Below are positions 51,242-60,446 of a stretch of DNA of 64,000 nucleotides, in pieces. Source of the stretch: an uncultured Alphaproteobacteria bacterium (lineage in GTDB: Bacteria; Pseudomonadota; Alphaproteobacteria; CAAGCB01; CAG-977); the NCBI GenBank assembly GCA_944393745.1, contig CALYBD010000007.1, forward strand, positions 561 through 64,560. The letters are read 5' to 3'. The notes below the pieces were generated by a model. It did no database searches and was not told where the DNA came from. It was given only the letters and a program-made list of their open reading frames with translations. Made by a program: the position numbers and the translations under genes. The first letter of the stretch is position 1. Every line of letters begins with the position of its first letter.

Positions 51242-52774
51242 TTAATTCCTTTGTCTTTTATAAGGTATTGCGGCAACCACCAATAAAATCAGGCAAAACA
51301 GCAACGGTATTTTATTACCGTATTTGGCATAAAGCGTCGGTTTATTCGTCCGCCGGGGCAGCCCGGCATCAACAATTCCCTGTCGCCCCAATTCCAGAAC
51401 AGCCGTCACGCGACCGTACGCATCTATCATTCCGCTGATACCGGTGTTGGCCGCCCTGGCCAGCGGCAGGCCTTCTTCCACTGCCCGCATTTGCGCGGCG
51501 GCAAAATGCTGATGCGGGCCGGCGCTGATACCGTACCAGCCGTCATTTGTCACGTTTAACAGCCAGTACGGCCGCGTTTGTTTTTCCGCCACCTGGCCCG
51601 GAAAAATGACCTCATAACACACCAGCATACCGACGGGCAGTGTTCGCGGAATCACAGTCGTTTTAACCCCGCTGCCGGTACTGAAATCCATGGCGACCGG
51701 CGTTAATTTACGAATAAACGGAAAGATTTCCGACAACGGGACATATTCTCCGAACGGGACCAGATGAGATTTATCGTAACTGCCTAAAAAAACGCCCAAA
51801 TCATTTAAAGCAACAATACTGTTAAACAGTTTAACATCGCTTTCTTTTTGTTCCCGACGCAAAGAGCCCGCCAACAAAATAGATCCCGGCGTCAGCGCAC
51901 TGGTCACCATGGCACGTGCAAACGCGTCATCAATCAACAAAAACTGCGTTGCCGTTTCCGGCCAGATCACATGAGTTACCTTTTCGGCTCCGGCTGTCCG
52001 GCTGAGATGAACGTGCTTCATTAGATTTTGTTCAGCTTCGTCCGCGCTCCATTTTTTTCCCTGAGGAATATTTGCCTGGACCAGACGAATTAAGACACCG
52101 TTGATCGTATCGTCCTGTGCCGGCGCCGTTCCAAGCCGCCAGGAACCAAACCCCAGCAGACCAAAAAAGATCAGGATCATTGACAAAATAACTTTAACGC
52201 TTTCTTTTTTGCTGTGAATCAACGCCGGCAATCCGGCAACAAAGACACTGAGAACACTTAACCCGAAGCTGCCCCATATTGCCGCGGTTTGCATCATCTC
52301 CGGCCAGTTTGTCCAGACCGAGGCAATCAAGTTCCACGGGAATCCGGTAAACAGCCAGGCGCGCACCCATTCCAGTATTCCCCAAACCGCACTGAAGGCG
52401 ATCAAACGGCGCAGACCTTTTTTAAAAAACCATGCAATCAGGCCGGCCACGGCGACAAACATACCGCCCCACAGGCCGAATCCCAACGGCGGCAAAGGGG
52501 CTAAAGCCTCGAATCCCATGCCCTCAATCAGCAAGGCGTTGGATACCCATGACAGCCCCAAAGAAAAAAAGCCGAATCCGAACCAAAAACCCGTTAAAGC
52601 CGCCTGAGTTTTACTTTCCGCACGATCCAGCAAAAAAACTATTCCCGAAAAAGCAATAACCAAGCAGGGAATGATATAAAACGGCGGCAGCGCCCCTACG
52701 GCCGAAAATCCCGAAAGCAATGCCCAAAGATATTTTTTTTGATAAAATATGCGTGCGGCTTTTCTAATTATCAT
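51242..52774 (-). CDS. lnt: Apolipoprotein N-acyltransferase
   Basis: FTGFPWN, IWPETA, YDKSHLVPFGEY, VCYEVIF, TNDGWY, RAANTGIS; start placed at ATG 52774. Confidence 0.96.
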   Translation of the reverse strand: MIIRKAARIFYQKKYLWALLSGFSAVGALPPFYIIPCLVIAFSGIVFLLDRAESKTQAALTGFWFGFGFFSLGLSWVSNALLIEGMGFEALAPLPPLGFGLWGGMFVAVAGLIAWFFKKGLRRLIAFSAVWGILEWVRAWLFTGFPWNLIASVWTNWPEMMQTAAIWGSFGLSVLSVFVAGLPALIHSKKESVKVILSMILIFFGLLGFGSWRLGTAPAQDDTINGVLIRLVQANIPQGKKWSADEAEQNLMKHVHLSRTAGAEKVTHVIWPETATQFLLIDDAFARAMVTSALTPGSILLAGSLRREQKESDVKLFNSIVALNDLGVFLGSYDKSHLVPFGEYVPLSEIFPFIRKLTPVAMDFSTGSGVKTTVIPRTLPVGMLVCYEVIFPGQVAEKQTRPYWLLNVTNDGWYGISAGPHQHFAAAQMRAVEEGLPLARAANTGISGMIDAYGRVTAVLELGRQGIVDAGLPRRTNKPTLYAKYGNKIPLLFCLILLVVAAIPYKRQRN

Positions 52775-53258
52775 AAGGATTTTCCATTCCGTTTTGTGCC
52801 AGGATTTCAATTTCCAACGATTCCATAATCGCCGCATCGTCTTCGGTCATGTGGTCATATCCGATTAAATGCAGCACGCCGTGAACGATCAAATGGAACA
52901 AATGATCTTTCGGCGGTATGTTTTGTTCTTCCGCCTCATGTTTCATTGTTTCAAACGCAACGACAATATCCCCCAGCAGCATCGGATCAACGACCGGTTC
53001 GTCTTTATCGTCCAAAGCGGCAAAAGACAAAACGTTCGTCGGCCTGTCAATGCCGCGATAAGTTTTGTTTAAAACACGAACGGCCTCATCATTGGTCAAA
53101 AGGACGCTGACTTCGGCAGATATAACCGGCAGTTTAAAATCACCTGTATTGCCGGCTTTCCAGGCGGCTTTGGCCGCTGTATTTACCAGCTTTTCGATTC
53201 CGGGCAGTTCTTTTTTCCAGACGGCATCGTCAATGCGCAGCGCAACGTGCAGCGACAT
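52764..53258 (-). CDS. ybeY: rRNA maturation endoribonuclease YbeY
   Basis: PTNVLSF, LGDIV, HGVLHLIGYDH. Confidence 0.97.
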   Translation of the reverse strand: MSLHVALRIDDAVWKKELPGIEKLVNTAAKAAWKAGNTGDFKLPVISAEVSVLLTNDEAVRVLNKTYRGIDRPTNVLSFAALDDKDEPVVDPMLLGDIVVAFETMKHEAEEQNIPPKDHLFHLIVHGVLHLIGYDHMTEDDAAIMESLEIEILAQNGMENPYDN

Positions 53259-53260
53259 AA

Positions 53261-54256
53261 TTAACCGGCCAGCCCTTTACGTGAAGCATAACGCCTGTCG
53301 TATGCTCGGACAATTGCGGAAACCAGACCGTGACGCACAACGTCCTTTTCCGTAAAAGTCACAACGGCGATATCCTTGACATTACGCAGCACGTCCAAAG
53401 CATCGGCCAAACCGGACTGAACGCCGCGCGGCAGATCGGTCTGGCTTAAATCGCCGTTAATGACCATGCGAGAATTTTCGCCCATACGAGTTAAAAACAT
53501 TTTCATCTGCATCGGCGTTGTATTTTGCGCTTCGTCCAAAATCACCATGGCATTTGTCAGCGTACGGCCGCGCATAAAAGCCAGCGGCGCAACTTCTATT
53601 TCCCCCAATTCCAGCTTTTTATCCACGACATCATGCGGCAGCATATCATACAGCGCATCATATAAAGGACGCAGGTACGGATCGATTTTTTCTTTTAAAT
53701 CACCGGGCAGGAATCCCAGATTTTCACCGGCTTCCACAGCGGGACGGGACAAAATGATTTTATCGATCTGCCCTTCGATCATCAGAGAAACCGCTTTGGC
53801 CACGGCCAGAAAAGTCTTTCCCGTACCGGCAGGCCCCAACCCGAAAACCATTTCATAATCGCGCATTGCCCGAACATATTCCGCCTGTGTTTGAGAACGA
53901 GGCTGAATATGACGTTTACGCGTTCTTAAAGTTAAATCTTCTTCATTATCGGAAATTTGTTTTTCTTTTGAAATCATTTTTCTTTCTTCACTTACATGCA
54001 AAGCGTTGTCTATATCGGAATTATCAATATCACCTTTTTTCTTGGCGGCGGCATAAATTTTATCCATTGCCGAAAAAGCGTGTTCCACCGCTTCTTCTTC
54101 GCCTTGAATTGTAATTTGATTACCGCGTGTTTTAATGTCCACGCCCAGTTTTTTTTCCAATCGTTTTAAGTTATCGTTATGTGCTCCCAGTGCAACCAAA
54201 AGCACCTGATTATCAGCATACTCTTTAACACGTTGCAGTCCTTTTTTCTTTCCCAC
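53261..54256 (-). CDS. phoH: PhoH-like ATPase
   Basis: GPAGTGKT, RPAVEAGE, LAFMRGRTL, DEAQN, VVRH. Confidence 0.95.
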   Translation of the reverse strand: MGKKKGLQRVKEYADNQVLLVALGAHNDNLKRLEKKLGVDIKTRGNQITIQGEEEAVEHAFSAMDKIYAAAKKKGDIDNSDIDNALHVSEERKMISKEKQISDNEEDLTLRTRKRHIQPRSQTQAEYVRAMRDYEMVFGLGPAGTGKTFLAVAKAVSLMIEGQIDKIILSRPAVEAGENLGFLPGDLKEKIDPYLRPLYDALYDMLPHDVVDKKLELGEIEVAPLAFMRGRTLTNAMVILDEAQNTTPMQMKMFLTRMGENSRMVINGDLSQTDLPRGVQSGLADALDVLRNVKDIAVVTFTEKDVVRHGLVSAIVRAYDRRYASRKGLAG

Positions 54257-54289
54257 GGAAAATCCTTTCTTTACAAGACAATTTTATCA

Positions 54290-54319
54290 ACTATACCGCT
54301 TTTTCGGATTTAATTGCAA
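54290..54319 (-). promoter_or_regulatory. Putative sigma70 promoter for phoH-ybeY-lnt
   Basis: Minus strand TTGCAA-N18-TATAGT. Confidence 0.45.
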
Positions 54320-54330
54320 GTATCGAGATA

Positions 54331-54359
54331 TAGACTTTTTACAAATAAGCTGGTATAAT
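54331..54359 (+). promoter_or_regulatory. Putative sigma70 promoter for the M16-like gene
   Basis: TAGACT-N17-TATAAT with extended -10 TG. Confidence 0.6.
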
Positions 54360-54395
54360 TTTTTAATTCTCATGACTTTCTGAAAGGCTGTTTTG

Positions 54396-55646
54396 ATGTC
54401 CGATCAAATTGATCAACATTCCATTGTCCTGAAAAACGGGTTAAAGATCGTTTATAATGAAGATCCGGCAGCGCAAAACACTTCTTTTAATCTGCGTGTC
54501 GGCAGCAAAGAAAAACCCGAAAATCGCGAAGTGACTTTTGCAATGAATCATTTAATCGAACATTGCCTGCGTATTCGCAACCCGCAAACGGCAAAAATGG
54601 CCGAAACGGAAAATCTTCGTCCCAAAGATTGCCAAACATATTACGACCGTATAGAATTTCGTCATCGTATTCAGGAAAACGACAAAGTCGGAAAAGTCTT
54701 GGATTGTTACGGTGAAATGTTTTCGGATTGGGCAATGCCTCATCTGAACGCCGAAAGAAATGTTATTTTTGAAGAATGGAATCACATTTTCAATCAACAG
54801 GATAAATGGTGTTTTTTATCGAATTTTTTTGATGATCAAAAAAATACCTATGAATTCAAACCGGGCATGAAATTGCTGAAAGATGACTATTTAAAAAGTC
54901 ATCATGACAAAATTACGAACTGGTTTAACGATCAAATCAATTATACTTTTGATTTTCCGGATCAAACGGTGAAAGACTGCGCCCGCCATCTTTACGGTGC
55001 CGACAATATGACGCTGTATGTTTCCGGGCCGATGCCTCAGTCGGATTTTTTCGCTTTGGCGCAGGCTTCCAAATGCCAAAACATTCCCCGCTGTTGCGTT
55101 CAAAATCCTTTAGAACATATAACGGATCAATCCGCCCGTCACACTTTGTCTTCTCATGAAGATATGCGCAATCACCCATCATCCGATATCAAACTGAACA
55201 CAAATTTATCCGATGAAAAAGATCAAAAAATCGCGCAGGCTTTTATGAAAGCGTTTATGTCAAAAGGTTTACAAAAAGAAGAACCCAATGCCTATATTCT
55301 GGATTTTGAAAAATCCGGCCTTCATGCGAAAATATCGTCTGCAAAAACCGATCTGATGCTGAAAAAAATCACACGTCTGATCAAAGACAGTCAAAATCCC
55401 GATAATATCTCGCTTGAGCATTTGCAAAGCGTCTGCAAAAAATTAAAAGATCCTTCCATTACCAAGGCGAACTTAGTTTCCGTGATGAATAAAATTGCAA
55501 AAAACGGCAATTTTGTTGTCAACGGCACGGAAAAACCGCTGTCAAACCTTGAAAAAAACTCTTTACAAGCCAAATTGACAACGGTTGCTTCCAAGCGTTT
55601 GCAAACAACAGCCGTTCGACAATTAAAAACGGCAAACAGAGAATAA
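54396..55646 (+). CDS. Divergent M16 (insulinase-like) metallopeptidase
   Basis: LKNGLKIV, VGS..E, inverted zinc motif HLIEH, ERNVIFEE, Y...NMTLYVSG; C-terminal half not recognisable. Confidence 0.75.
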   Translation: MSDQIDQHSIVLKNGLKIVYNEDPAAQNTSFNLRVGSKEKPENREVTFAMNHLIEHCLRIRNPQTAKMAETENLRPKDCQTYYDRIEFRHRIQENDKVGKVLDCYGEMFSDWAMPHLNAERNVIFEEWNHIFNQQDKWCFLSNFFDDQKNTYEFKPGMKLLKDDYLKSHHDKITNWFNDQINYTFDFPDQTVKDCARHLYGADNMTLYVSGPMPQSDFFALAQASKCQNIPRCCVQNPLEHITDQSARHTLSSHEDMRNHPSSDIKLNTNLSDEKDQKIAQAFMKAFMSKGLQKEEPNAYILDFEKSGLHAKISSAKTDLMLKKITRLIKDSQNPDNISLEHLQSVCKKLKDPSITKANLVSVMNKIAKNGNFVVNGTEKPLSNLEKNSLQAKLTTVASKRLQTTAVRQLKTANRE

Positions 55647-55648
55647 AA

Positions 55649-56980
55649 CTAACTCAACTCCCCGTCTAAGGTCGTCGCTGCGGTTTTTGTAATACGAACC
55701 GGAACGATTTGCCCTAAAAATTCTTCGGACGCTTTCACGACAACATTTTGCATCTGCGGCGTATGCCCCAGTAAATATCCTGCTTTTTTAGCCTTATCTT
55801 CCAACAAAACATGCATTGTCTTGCCCAAAAATCCGGCATTATACGCGGCATGCTGTTCAATCAACAAAGCTTGCAGCTTTTCCAAACGTTCGGTCTTGAT
55901 TTCTTCGGGGATTTGATCTTTCATCGCAGCCGCCGGCGTCCCCGGACGAGCGCTGTATTTAAATGAATATGACTGTGCAAACGTTACACGGCGCACCAGA
56001 TCCATCGTTTGTTCAAAATCATCGTCCGTTTCTTCGGGAAAACCGACAATAAAATCTGAAGACAACGCGATTTCGGGACAAGCCTCACGCAGACAGGCCA
56101 CAATTTCTTCATATTCGGCGCAGGTATAACGTCGATTCATTTTCTTTAAAATTCTGTCCGATCCCGACTGAATCGGCAAATGCAGATACGGCATTACTTT
56201 GGGAATATCGCGATGCATGGCAATCATTTCCTTTGTAAAATCGGACGGATATGATGTCACGTACCGAATCCGTTCAATACCGTCAATTTCCGCCACGGCC
56301 TTGACCAGTCGGCTTAAATCCGACGGAGTACCGTCCTTCCCTTCCCCGTGCCAGGCATTAACATTTTGCCCCAATAACATTAAATCTTTTGTTCCCGTTT
56401 CGGCAAGTTGCCTTGCTTCTTCAACAATTTCATTTAACGGACGCGAATATTCCGCCCCGCGCGTATACGGAACGACACAATAAGAACAAAAACGGTCGCA
56501 GCCTTCCTGTATGGCCAGAAAAGACGATACGCCGTTTGATTTGGCGGCCGGCAGAAAATCAAATTTCGCAACCGCCGGAAATTCCACGTCAATAATGCGC
56601 TGTTTTCTTTTTTGTTCCAGTCGGCGCAACAATTCCGGCAAACGGTGATACGTCTGCGGTCCCAAAGCAATATCGACAAATCCGGCACGATTCATAAATT
56701 CCGCGGATTCAGCCTGCACGACACAACCCGCGACGACTAAAATCAGATCCTTGCCCTGTTTTTTTCTTTGTTCTTTCAAAGGTTTAAAGCGCCCTAATTC
56801 GGAAAATATTTTTTCCGAAGCCTTTTCGCGTATATGACACGTATTAAAAATAATCATATCGGCATCGTCAGGCGTATCCGTTTGTTCAAATCCCAACGTA
56901 CGCATTAAATCAACCATACGCAGAGAATCGTAAACATTCATCTGGCAGCCGAAAGTTTTTACAAAAAGCTTTTTTTTCAC
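55649..56980 (-). CDS. miaB: tRNA-2-methylthio-N6-dimethylallyladenosine synthase
   Basis: TFGCQMNVYDS, NTCHIRE, IQEGCDRFCSYC, HLPIQSGS, TRAM domain. Confidence 0.97.
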   Translation of the reverse strand: MKKKLFVKTFGCQMNVYDSLRMVDLMRTLGFEQTDTPDDADMIIFNTCHIREKASEKIFSELGRFKPLKEQRKKQGKDLILVVAGCVVQAESAEFMNRAGFVDIALGPQTYHRLPELLRRLEQKRKQRIIDVEFPAVAKFDFLPAAKSNGVSSFLAIQEGCDRFCSYCVVPYTRGAEYSRPLNEIVEEARQLAETGTKDLMLLGQNVNAWHGEGKDGTPSDLSRLVKAVAEIDGIERIRYVTSYPSDFTKEMIAMHRDIPKVMPYLHLPIQSGSDRILKKMNRRYTCAEYEEIVACLREACPEIALSSDFIVGFPEETDDDFEQTMDLVRRVTFAQSYSFKYSARPGTPAAAMKDQIPEEIKTERLEKLQALLIEQHAAYNAGFLGKTMHVLLEDKAKKAGYLLGHTPQMQNVVVKASEEFLGQIVPVRITKTAATTLDGELS

Positions 56981-56998
56981 GATTAACTCAAAACAAAT

Positions 56999-57808
56999 TT
57001 ATTCAACGGGCATTTCGATTTCCCGTTTTAACTTTTCCAGTACGGGAACCTTTGCGGGATCAAAATTCTGCGCCGTCAGCATCACCGGTTTAAACCAATT
57101 TAAGATCATCTGCATTATGCGTTGTTTTTCCACATCGGACAGATTGCCGGGCAGCTGAGGATTAATACCCGCAGACAGATTATTTAAATACTTTCGCAAA
57201 TCCGCCTGAGAAGAAGCGTCCAACAATTCTTCTCCGGCTCGGATCAGGTTTTCATGTTGAAATTCCGCGACTTCTTTATAAGAAGGAATAACGTTTTCCC
57301 CCAAAGAGCTTAAAGGAACCGTTGAGGAAAACGGCAAAGAATCGGCCACTTCCCTGGACGTTTTAATGACATTGTTCAGTTGCGCATAAACCGAAGCCGC
57401 CGTTTTATCCGAAGACGGCCCGACATAATAAAACCAGCGCATGTTTTCCGGTTCCTGCGCCAGATACAGCCACTTATGCGCCATTTTCAGATTTTTTGCA
57501 ATTCCTTCGCCGCGCCAGTACAACAACCCCAGTTTAACCTGTGCCGGCGCATAACCGTTATTGGCCGCCCTGGAAAAGAAAGCAACGGCGCGTCTGAAAT
57601 CCGGCCGCGGCAAACCGACCCCCTGATAATACATCGCCCCCAGTTTATACTGAGCCTCCGGATCGTTTTCTTCTTCCGCACAATAGATGTACTGCATAAA
57701 GGCAATATCGATTTTACCCGATTTTTCCGCCTGTTCGGCAAACGTACAGGCAGCCTTTGCCCCTGCGGACGTAAACAATAAAACAACAATTGCCAGACGA
57801 AACAGCAT
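56999..57808 (-). CDS. Secreted Sel1-like repeat protein
   Basis: Signal peptide; AQYKLGAMYYQGVG and AQVKLGLLYWRGEG repeats. Confidence 0.85.
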   Translation of the reverse strand: MLFRLAIVVLLFTSAGAKAACTFAEQAEKSGKIDIAFMQYIYCAEEENDPEAQYKLGAMYYQGVGLPRPDFRRAVAFFSRAANNGYAPAQVKLGLLYWRGEGIAKNLKMAHKWLYLAQEPENMRWFYYVGPSSDKTAASVYAQLNNVIKTSREVADSLPFSSTVPLSSLGENVIPSYKEVAEFQHENLIRAGEELLDASSQADLRKYLNNLSAGINPQLPGNLSDVEKQRIMQMILNWFKPVMLTAQNFDPAKVPVLEKLKREIEMPVE

Positions 57809-57902
57809 TTTCTATCCGCTTTCTTTTAAAGAAACCTGCCCTATCCTAAAAGGGTAACATCTGATTTCTTTAATTTCCAGTTCTAATTCGGAAAAGAAAA
57901 AA

Positions 57903-58235
57903 TTATTCTTCGCCTTTTTCAACGTTATCCATGACTTCTGCCATGTCATGATGATCATCGCCCAAATCGGAAGCATCTTCGATCAATTCCAGATCATCAT
58001 CGGCCGTTTCTTCGAAAACGGTTTCTTCTTCGGCAATATTTTCCAGTTCTTCGTGGATTTTTCCTTTGGCGCCGCGTTTGGATTTGCCGGCCATCATTGC
58101 CTGCAGGCGCAAAAATTCCTCTACGGACAAAGTGTCGCCGCAATGCGGACATTTAATCGGATCTTTGCCCAAATCGTAAAAACGTTCGCCGCACTGCAGA
58201 CAAATACGCTTGGTTCCCCATTCAGGTTTTGACAT
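57903..58235 (-). CDS. TIGR02300 / FYDLN-acid domain protein
   Basis: MSKPEWGTKRICLQCGERFYDL..DPIKCPHCG, acidic tail; divergent from aroA. Confidence 0.92.
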   Translation of the reverse strand: MSKPEWGTKRICLQCGERFYDLGKDPIKCPHCGDTLSVEEFLRLQAMMAGKSKRGAKGKIHEELENIAEEETVFEETADDDLELIEDASDLGDDHHDMAEVMDNVEKGEE

Positions 58236-58333
58236 ATCAAAATATCTCCTTTTTTAAAAAATATTTATTTAAAGGGTTTGACATGTTAGCGTTATCCGTG
58301 TCAAACAAAAAAACAGCAAAAAAGTGATTTTTC

Positions 58334-59659
58334 ATGCATAAAGTCATATCCGAAAAAACAAACGGCCTTGTCGGCACACTTAAAATACCGGGGGATAAAT
58401 CGATTTCCCACCGGGCTTTGATTTTGGGATCCGTTGCCCGCGGAACGACAGAAATCAAAGGCCTGTTGGAAAGCGAAGACGTCCTGAATACGGCCAAAGC
58501 CTTGCAAAAACTGGGAACGCTTATCCGCAAAACCGATGAAGGTTTGTGGATCGTACAAAGCAACGGACCTTTTAAACAGCCGGATTCGGTCATTGATATG
58601 GGCAATTCGGGAACAGGTGTTCGATTGTTAATGGGAGTCTTGGCCGCTTATCCGATCCGCGTTGAATTAACGGGCGATGCCAGCCTGCGATCCCGTCCCA
58701 TGAAAAGAATCACCGATCCTTTATCCGAAACCGGCGCCGTTTTTGAAACAACGAACGGCAAACTGCCGATTGTTATGCAGGGATATGCGGACGACAGGGC
58801 GTTCAGTTATACTATGCCGGTTGCTTCGGCACAGTTAAAATCCGCTTTGTTGCTGGCCGGGTTGCGTAAAAAACAAACGACAACCGTTTACGAACCCGTT
58901 GCCTGTCGCGATCATACGGAACGAATGCTCAAAGCTTTCGGCGCGGATATCACAGTCGAAAAAAACAAAGACAACGTTAATGTCATCACGCTGCGCGGCG
59001 GAAATACGCTGAAAGCCTGTTCTGTTTTTGTCCCGGCGGATATTTCTTCGGCGGCTTTTGCGATTGTCGCCGCCCTGATTACGGGCAATTCCGACATTAC
59101 CGTCGAAAATGTCGGATTAAATCCGCTGCGCACGGGAATATTAGATGTCCTTTTAAAAATGGGCGCCGATATCCGTTTTGAAAACAAACGTGAAATCGCC
59201 GGAGAACCCGTTGCGGATCTGCGGGTGCGATCTTCAAGCCTAAAAGGGATTGATGTACCGGCAGAAACGGCGCCGTCCATGATTGACGAATACCCGATTC
59301 TGGCAATAGCGGCGGCTTTTGCCGACGGAGAAACGATTTTGCGCGGCCTGTCCGAATTGAAAGTCAAAGAAAGCGACCGTTTTCGGGCCATTATAGACGG
59401 GCTGAACAAAAACGGCATTGAATGCGGCGAAATCGGCGATGATTCTTTGCAAATCCGGGGAATTGGAAAAAAACCTTGCGGCGGCGGACTGATTGAGTCA
59501 AAACTGGATCATCGTATAGCCATGTCATTCATGGTCATGGGCATGGCCAGTGAAAACCCTGTTTGCATTGACGATATTTCATCGGTTGCAACCAGTTTTC
59601 CGGAATTTATTTCTTTGATGAACAAAGCAGGAGCAAACATTCATGATTATTGCGATTGA
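58334..59659 (+). CDS. aroA: 3-phosphoshikimate 1-carboxyvinyltransferase (class II)
   Basis: PGDKSISHR, GNSGTG, SAQLKS, RDHTE, ELKVKESDR, DHRIAM. Confidence 0.97.
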   Translation: MHKVISEKTNGLVGTLKIPGDKSISHRALILGSVARGTTEIKGLLESEDVLNTAKALQKLGTLIRKTDEGLWIVQSNGPFKQPDSVIDMGNSGTGVRLLMGVLAAYPIRVELTGDASLRSRPMKRITDPLSETGAVFETTNGKLPIVMQGYADDRAFSYTMPVASAQLKSALLLAGLRKKQTTTVYEPVACRDHTERMLKAFGADITVEKNKDNVNVITLRGGNTLKACSVFVPADISSAAFAIVAALITGNSDITVENVGLNPLRTGILDVLLKMGADIRFENKREIAGEPVADLRVRSSSLKGIDVPAETAPSMIDEYPILAIAAAFADGETILRGLSELKVKESDRFRAIIDGLNKNGIECGEIGDDSLQIRGIGKKPCGGGLIESKLDHRIAMSFMVMGMASENPVCIDDISSVATSFPEFISLMNKAGANIHDYCD

Positions 59660-60302
59660 CGGCCCTGCGGCCGCGGGAAAAGGCACTTTGGCGCAGAATC
59701 TGGCAAAACATTTTCATTATGCTTTTTTGGACACGGGGCGTTTATATCGTGCTGTCGGGTATGCGGTTTTGCAGGCCGGAAAAGATCCTTCAGATGAATC
59801 TGCCGCAACGCGCGAAGCCAAATCTTTTGATCCGAAAAGCATCAACAAAATCCTGTCCAACCCCGCCCTGCGCGATGAGGCCACGGGCAATGCCGCGTCC
59901 AAAGTCGCTGTAATTCCGGCGGTTCGTTCGGCTTTGCTTGACCTGCAGAGAAACTTTGCCAAAGAACCTTTTTTCGAAGACGGCACACCGGCCAAAGGCG
60001 CAGTACTGGACGGCCGTGATATCGGAACGGTTGTCTGCCCCGATGCCGATGTGAAATTTTTTGTCACCGCTTCGGCCGAAGTGCGCGCGGATCGCCGTTT
60101 CAAAGAATTGCAAGAAGCCAATAAGCCCGCCGATTACGACACGATTTTAAAAGACATCAAAGAACGTGACGAACGCGATTCGAACCGTGCGACGGCACCG
60201 CTGAAGCCTGCCGAAGACGCTTATGTTCTGGATACGTCGCACTTAAACGCCGTACAGGTTTTTCAGGCCGCGCTGGATCACATTGCCGTCAATCACGAAT
60301 AA
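59643..60302 (+). CDS. cmk: Cytidylate kinase
   Basis: IAIDGPAAAGKGT, LDTGRLYR, DGRDIGT, RDERD. Confidence 0.97.
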   Translation: MIIAIDGPAAAGKGTLAQNLAKHFHYAFLDTGRLYRAVGYAVLQAGKDPSDESAATREAKSFDPKSINKILSNPALRDEATGNAASKVAVIPAVRSALLDLQRNFAKEPFFEDGTPAKGAVLDGRDIGTVVCPDADVKFFVTASAEVRADRRFKELQEANKPADYDTILKDIKERDERDSNRATAPLKPAEDAYVLDTSHLNAVQVFQAALDHIAVNHE

Positions 60303-60320
60303 AGCTTTTCTTTTTCACAT

Positions 60321-60354
60321 AATCCGTCGTTGCGATCGCTCCGGCGGATTTTTT
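60321..60354 (+). terminator. Intrinsic terminator after cmk
   Basis: AATCCGTCG...CGGCGGATT followed by a T run. Confidence 0.7.
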
Positions 60355-60425
60355 ATATTGTTCCGGAATTAAAAAATATCATTCCGATATATTGATATTA
60401 TTCCGAAAATCCGGTATATTTTCCA
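60355..60425 (+). repeat. Four direct repeats ATATnnTTCC(G/A) with ~20 bp period upstream of HTH-Fic
   Basis: TTCC cores start at 60361, 60382, 60401 and 60421. Confidence 0.6.
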
Positions 60426-60446
60426 AAAAACAAGGAGTGCCGTTCA

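Noticed and set aside
57809-57902. tRNA-Ala often found next to TIGR02300 in alphaproteobacteria
   Set aside because: No cloverleaf, T-loop or CCA end recognisable on either strand.
60355-60425. Short repeats considered as a mini-CRISPR
   Set aside because: Repeats are about 11 bp with 8-10 bp gaps and no cas genes; better explained as operator sites.
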